In this document: positions 59,085-64,000 of the stretch, piece by piece | Position numbering within the stretch: the first letter of the stretch is position 1 | How the letters are laid out: each line of letters opens with the position of its first letter | Source: an uncultured delta proteobacterium | Lineage (GTDB): Bacteria; Desulfobacterota; BSN033; UBA1163 | Reading direction: 5' to 3' | DNA length: 64,000 nt | Assembly (NCBI GenBank): GCA_963708295.1 | Contig: CAVPSJ010000007.1 | Location: 165,797-229,796 of the forward strand | Made by a program: the position numbers and the translations under genes | The notes under the pieces: model-generated | What the model was told of the DNA's origin: nothing | What the model saw: only the letters and a program-made list of their open reading frames with translations | Databases searched by the model: none

Positions 59085-60299
59085 TTACGTCTCACGCTTT
59101 GTCCGAGAAGCCTTTGATCCATCTTTCTGGAAGCCCAGTGCCACGTTCTTGGCTTCCTCGAACACGTCCTTGAGCGGAATTTTTTTCTCTAATGCCAACC
59201 TTTTACAATCATCATATTCCGGAGAAAAGTTGACAACGGTTCCTTCCCATCGAGCCAATTTGAATCGGATTCTTCCATATTTCGTTTGAAGCGGTTGGAT
59301 CTCTCTGTCAGTCTTTTCTCTTTCCTCTTCGTGCCACCTCAGCCCCAGAGTGGTCGTCTCTTGAAAAAGGAATTTTGCGACAGGGAGCAGCTTTCCGGAA
59401 GGACAGATCACGGTGAGGAGATGGCCCGGCCGATTCTTTTTCATCAAAATGGGAGTGACGAATACTTCCAGGACTTCCATGGCAAGGAGTTTTTCCATCA
59501 CGTAGTCATAGAACTGGGGGTTCATATCATCAATATTCGTTTCAATGACCGCGACAGTCTCCTTTCCGGCAGCGTATTCAGACGTCCCGACGAGCAGCCG
59601 GAGGAGGTTCGGATGGGGAAGGTCGTCACGCCCCGCCCCATACCCTATTCGCTCAACCTTGATACGAGGCATGGGACCAAACTCAGACCCCAGGGTGGAG
59701 AGGATCGCCGCTCCGGTAGGAGTGAGAAGCTCTCTTTCCACTCCTGATGAATAGATCGGTTTCCCTTCCATCAAGGACAATGTGGCAGGGGCCGGAACCG
59801 GAAGGATGCCATGTTCGCATTTTACAAATCCCCCTCCCACATTTACTCTTGAGACGTGAATTTTTTCAATCCCCATCTCTCGAATCCCCCACACCGACCC
59901 TACGATATCTACGACGGAATCCAACCCGCCCAATTCGTGAAAGTGGATTTCTTCCGTCGGAACGCGATGAATCTTTGCCTCGGCAGAAGCGATTCGTCTG
60001 AATATCTCTTCGCTCTTTTCTTTAACTTCTGCCGCCACACCACTCCGTTTGACGATTCGAAGAACTTCTGTCAAATTGCGATGGGACTTTTTTCCGTTTC
60101 CTCCCGCCACGACGACCCGGGTCCCCGAGATCCCCCTTTTGAGCACTTTCGTGACTTTCAAATGAACGGTCGGAATCCGAAGCCGCTTCAACTCCTCTCT
60201 CAATCGTCGTGGGTTTAAGCCGGCATCGATCAGGGCGCCGAGGATCATATCTCCACTGGCTCCGGAAAAACAATCAAAATAGGCGGTTCGCATATTCAT
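59085..60299 (-). CDS. larC: Nickel-pincer cofactor biosynthesis protein LarC
   Basis: YFDCFSGASGDM, HFHELG..DS..D, PVPAPAT, ELLTPTGAA, GYGAG, ETNIDD, MKKNRPG, PEYDD. Confidence 0.93.
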   Translation of the reverse strand: MNMRTAYFDCFSGASGDMILGALIDAGLNPRRLREELKRLRIPTVHLKVTKVLKRGISGTRVVVAGGNGKKSHRNLTEVLRIVKRSGVAAEVKEKSEEIFRRIASAEAKIHRVPTEEIHFHELGGLDSVVDIVGSVWGIREMGIEKIHVSRVNVGGGFVKCEHGILPVPAPATLSLMEGKPIYSSGVERELLTPTGAAILSTLGSEFGPMPRIKVERIGYGAGRDDLPHPNLLRLLVGTSEYAAGKETVAVIETNIDDMNPQFYDYVMEKLLAMEVLEVFVTPILMKKNRPGHLLTVICPSGKLLPVAKFLFQETTTLGLRWHEEEREKTDREIQPLQTKYGRIRFKLARWEGTVVNFSPEYDDCKRLALEKKIPLKDVFEEAKNVALGFQKDGSKASRTKRET

Positions 60300-60313
60300 C
60301 TCCCCATCGGGTT

Positions 60314-63300
60314 CTACGGCTCTGTGAGGAATTCATAGGCACTCAGATAGACGAGCTTGGTCACATCCGCTAACTTCTCATAATCGAGGGACTCCGGAGG
60401 ATTGCGGGAAAGATGCATCCTTCTGGGGTCTGATGCAAAAAACTCCAGCGAGGGGATTCCTTTATCATGGAAGGGAGCACGATCCCTGCCGAATTCAGAG
60501 GAGGAGAGGTCAATATTTCTCCCTTCTTTGATTCCCAGGGGTTCCAAGAATTTCTTACTCATCTGGGTCAGCGAAGGACGAATTGAACTTCCAGCCAAAA
60601 ACATTTCCTTCTCACCCGTTGTCCCGCCCATATCCAAATAGAACATCGCCTTCATCTGCGTCAGAGGCATAAAGGGCTGACTGACAAAGTCGCGGGATCC
60701 CAGGGACTCCCACTCCTGTCCTCCGAAGAAGAGTAGGACCACGCTTCTTTTCAAGTCCGTTTTTCTCTTCATCAGAGAACGTCCGATTTCCAAAAGGGCC
60801 GAAACCCCTGGAGTACGATCGTCCGCTCCGGAGTAGATCACTCCCCCTCTTTCCTCTCTTCCCGGATAATCATAGGGGGCGCCCAGCAACAGAAATTCCT
60901 TCTTCTTGTCTGGATCGCGGCCCTCAATGACTCCCCTGATATTAGCACTCATCAATCTCATCTCCTTGAACCCGAGGTTGATTTCAAAGAGGGTGTCCTT
61001 CTGGTTAATAATGGTTTTCACCCAGGACTCTTCCAACCGGGGATAGGGAACGAATAAAACGGGAATCTGGATTGCAAAATCCGGCTCCTTTGCCTTTCTC
61101 GCGACTTTTAAAGCCTCGAACAAGCGCTGGACGGGAATGCCGCTCCGTTCCCCCTTCGGCAGCTTCTCATCCAATTTCGGGGGAAAATAGGAGGGGTAGG
61201 TAAGATAAGGGGCGAAATGATCCAGATCTTCTTCCTGGACAAAGAATAGAATGGCTCTGGCTCCCCTTCCCTGAAGCTCTTTCACCCTTCTTAAAAGCTG
61301 TTCAGAGCGAAAATCATTCGTGAGACCCAGGAAAAAGATTGCCCCTTTGCCAGAAAGCTTGTCCATCTCCTCGACGCTGGTTTGGTCGATCACTGTGAAA
61401 GGACCTTCCCATTTTCCTCTTTTGGAAAAGCGAAAGGGGATGGCTTTCAATTTCTCCTCCCGGTTGGATGCTTTAAAAATCAAGGTAGATTCTCTTATAT
61501 CCTTGACGGAAATGGAGAAAGGCTGGACCACGGGAATCATCCCCATCCCTTCCAGTTGGTTGATCAGATAGCTCTGAGCTTTGTCATGAGCTGGGGTTCT
61601 CAGAAACTGCGCGGTCTGCTCGGATGTGGCCAGAGCGGCCACATGCTCCCTCAGCCTCCGGGGCTCGATTTTAGCGAAATCATCACCGGCGATGAAGTCA
61701 CGGAAGACGAAGGAGGCCCTTGGAGAAAGATTCCCTCTTTCTTTGGGCCTTCCATTCCTGAAAACAATGTAACTATCCCAGCCGTAGAAAAAGAGGTACC
61801 GGGACCGGGAAAGAGCATTCGCGGATCGACCAAAATAAAGGGTCACCCATCTCCCGGACTGAAGAGGGTTGGGAAAAGTAAGAAGGAGGGATTCCTCTCC
61901 TTCGTCCAATCGATCCCCCTTTACAAAAAATGAACCTTCCTTGTAATCGATCGGCTTCGGGATATTGGAAATGAGCTTAGAGAGAATCGTCCCTCGCCAG
62001 CTTTCACCCAAAAGCATCACGGAGGAATTTCTAAGTTTCTCTTCGGTCACCTCCCTGACCGATAGAATCTCTCCGCCTTTTTGTTCCTTTGCCCTTCTGG
62101 CCAGCTCAAGATAGATTTTTCGAGTCTCGTCATCTCCTTGATCTGACACAATAAAGATCTTTCCGGGGTCTTGGAGCAAAGCGTTCAAGGCAGGGGTCAT
62201 TTCTTCCGGGTATAATCTTCGAAAGACCTGATCGTCAGGGTCCAGCGTGAGTTTCAACGGAATCCTGGAAACCTCGATGGAAAAAGAGCTCCTTCTCTTT
62301 GAAACCTCCAGGAAAAGACGCCTCTTTTCTGAACCCTCATCCACTTCAATCGGAAGCAGAAGCTGATAGACCTCCCCTTCCTGGACCACATCTCCTGAGA
62401 CAACATGCCCATTTGAATGGGTCTGCACTCTAACATTTTCCAACTTGAGCTGAGGCCCTCCAGGGCGGTCGAGCCACTGAGAGAAGAACCCATCCAGCGT
62501 CTGCCCGCTCGCCTCTTCAAAGATTCTCTGAATATCTTCCCAGCCGGCCTGTCTCCCCCCGTATTGCGCCGCAAATTGTCTCAAAATGCCAAAGAAAAGA
62601 TCTTTCCCAACCACTCGCCGGAGCATATGAAAAACCATCGAGCCTTTCCCATACCCGATTTGCGCATCCAGCTCCGTCTCTTTCCCTTCAAATTGCCGAA
62701 GAGGGTAATCTCGTGAAGGGGGCACGTCAACGGCATACTTTTGCATCACGTCCCGCCGATGTTTGTGAGCCGCTTCCTTGGCCATCTTTAGCTCTTTATA
62801 ATAATAATTCGTGCAATAGGTGGTGAGAGCCTCCACCCAGTTCCCCGTCCCGGGCTTAAGGCTCACATAATGCCCCCACCAGGAATGAACAATCTCATGA
62901 TCCAGGGCGCCCGGCTTAAGGAACTCCTTCCCTTGCCGGATCGCTTCCGGCGCGAGGAGAGTGAATGTCGGAAATCCGTAGCCGCTTGAGAAGAAGTTCT
63001 GGACAATATCGAACTTCCTGTAGGGGTACGAACCCAAAAGGTCGGAGTAGATCTTCAAATATTCTTCGGCGCCGTTTAGAAAGACCTCGGAAAACCGATT
63101 CTCCTCATGGAAAAAGTAGGTGGAGATCTTGATGCCATCGACCGTCCGTGTCCTGACGGAATATTTCCCGGCAACCAGGGTGAGGCTTTCAGCCGGCAAC
63201 TCGTTCACCCATTTGCTTCTGAAGAGCCCCTCTTTGAGATTTTCGGAAACCAGCTCACCTTGAGTTACGATTCGAAAGGGTTCCGGGATCGTCGCGTCGA

Positions 63301-63826
63301 TTTGGAAGGTGGACATGGACCCCGGTCTATCAGGGTACCAGTGGGTTGCAAACGACAAATAGACTCCGTCCGGACTGATCAGTCCAAGGGTCTGATCTCC
63401 CTTAACGAACTGAAGCTCCCTTTCCTTGATGACGGGATCATGGATGGAACCTTCATAAGAGATCGAGAGAAGCGGCGTCTCTTCGACCTTTTGAAGAGTG
63501 ACGTCCCATCTTTTGGCCGGCCCTGAAAAAACTCCCTCGGACCAATGGAGGGGCTGTCCCGTCTTCTGGTCGACGACCCGAGTGATTTTCAGGTGGGGAT
63601 TGAGGAGAAATGAAAGGGTGTGGGGCCTTCCGCGTTTGACGCTGATTTCGAGTCGATCTTCCGCTTTGATGAGATGTTGGGATGGATCGATGTGAACGGA
63701 CAGACGATGGGATTGAATACTAAAATCAAAAAAAGGGGATAAAGCGAAAGCTCCCCCCGGGGGCCAAACGATGGCCGCGAGAAAGAATGAAAATAGGACG
63801 ATATTTTTCAGGCTCTTTCCGCTCAT
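60314..63826 (-). CDS. Secreted M1 aminopeptidase fused to a degenerate PA/M28 peptidase domain
   Basis: GYGFP, HEIVH..NWVEAL, GYGKG; C-terminal LGAPYDY, GADD, GGQEW. Confidence 0.82.
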   Translation of the reverse strand: MSGKSLKNIVLFSFFLAAIVWPPGGAFALSPFFDFSIQSHRLSVHIDPSQHLIKAEDRLEISVKRGRPHTLSFLLNPHLKITRVVDQKTGQPLHWSEGVFSGPAKRWDVTLQKVEETPLLSISYEGSIHDPVIKERELQFVKGDQTLGLISPDGVYLSFATHWYPDRPGSMSTFQIDATIPEPFRIVTQGELVSENLKEGLFRSKWVNELPAESLTLVAGKYSVRTRTVDGIKISTYFFHEENRFSEVFLNGAEEYLKIYSDLLGSYPYRKFDIVQNFFSSGYGFPTFTLLAPEAIRQGKEFLKPGALDHEIVHSWWGHYVSLKPGTGNWVEALTTYCTNYYYKELKMAKEAAHKHRRDVMQKYAVDVPPSRDYPLRQFEGKETELDAQIGYGKGSMVFHMLRRVVGKDLFFGILRQFAAQYGGRQAGWEDIQRIFEEASGQTLDGFFSQWLDRPGGPQLKLENVRVQTHSNGHVVSGDVVQEGEVYQLLLPIEVDEGSEKRRLFLEVSKRRSSFSIEVSRIPLKLTLDPDDQVFRRLYPEEMTPALNALLQDPGKIFIVSDQGDDETRKIYLELARRAKEQKGGEILSVREVTEEKLRNSSVMLLGESWRGTILSKLISNIPKPIDYKEGSFFVKGDRLDEGEESLLLTFPNPLQSGRWVTLYFGRSANALSRSRYLFFYGWDSYIVFRNGRPKERGNLSPRASFVFRDFIAGDDFAKIEPRRLREHVAALATSEQTAQFLRTPAHDKAQSYLINQLEGMGMIPVVQPFSISVKDIRESTLIFKASNREEKLKAIPFRFSKRGKWEGPFTVIDQTSVEEMDKLSGKGAIFFLGLTNDFRSEQLLRRVKELQGRGARAILFFVQEEDLDHFAPYLTYPSYFPPKLDEKLPKGERSGIPVQRLFEALKVARKAKEPDFAIQIPVLFVPYPRLEESWVKTIINQKDTLFEINLGFKEMRLMSANIRGVIEGRDPDKKKEFLLLGAPYDYPGREERGGVIYSGADDRTPGVSALLEIGRSLMKRKTDLKRSVVLLFFGGQEWESLGSRDFVSQPFMPLTQMKAMFYLDMGGTTGEKEMFLAGSSIRPSLTQMSKKFLEPLGIKEGRNIDLSSSEFGRDRAPFHDKGIPSLEFFASDPRRMHLSRNPPESLDYEKLADVTKLVYLSAYEFLTEP

Positions 63827-64000
63827 GAAAAATCATCATAACATAACCGGCTCCAAAAGGGGATTCTCCATTAACCTTTTTGACAACCCCTCCCCTCTGG
63901 CGGGACGATCTTCCACTCACCCCATTTCACGGAATTTGACACCCGGAGGGTTCATTGAAATTTTTTATTGTTCAGCTACAATCCACAAGTATTATCATGT

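Overview
Chromosomal segment from an anaerobic bacterium with an outer membrane, most likely Desulfobacterota/deltaproteobacterial (inferred from gene content, gene order and repeat families). Several genes carry scattered single frameshifts that look like sequencing indels. In order: the end of an Ara4N operon (arnC, split arnA, arnD); a tungsten-type aldehyde:ferredoxin oxidoreductase cluster with two GG-less MoaD-like proteins, rubredoxin and nitroreductase; c-di-AMP genes (cdaA-ybbR fusion, pgpH-like) with phoH and ybeY. A ~20 kb minus-strand envelope-modification block sits between ybeY and lnt: five ArnT-like transferases, LPS kinases, GT2/GT4, a methyltransferase, a radical SAM/oxidoreductase pair, an outer-membrane barrel and a two-component system, with a repeated candidate operator. 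Then signalling genes (PilZ, degenerate kinase, K+ channel, adenylate cyclase), a sulfur-assimilation/Fe-S sulfur-insertase operon (Rrf2, cysK, COG1900, mnmA, larE, thiI-like, bioB, ABC transporter), tilS, larC and an M1/M28 peptidase fusion. The strongest unexplained signal is a ~550-nt, densely base-paired element with no credible ORF at ~43.8-44.35 kb, with a candidate promoter. It is a candidate large non-coding RNA that I cannot assign to a known family. No rRNA, tRNA or CRISPR array was recognised.
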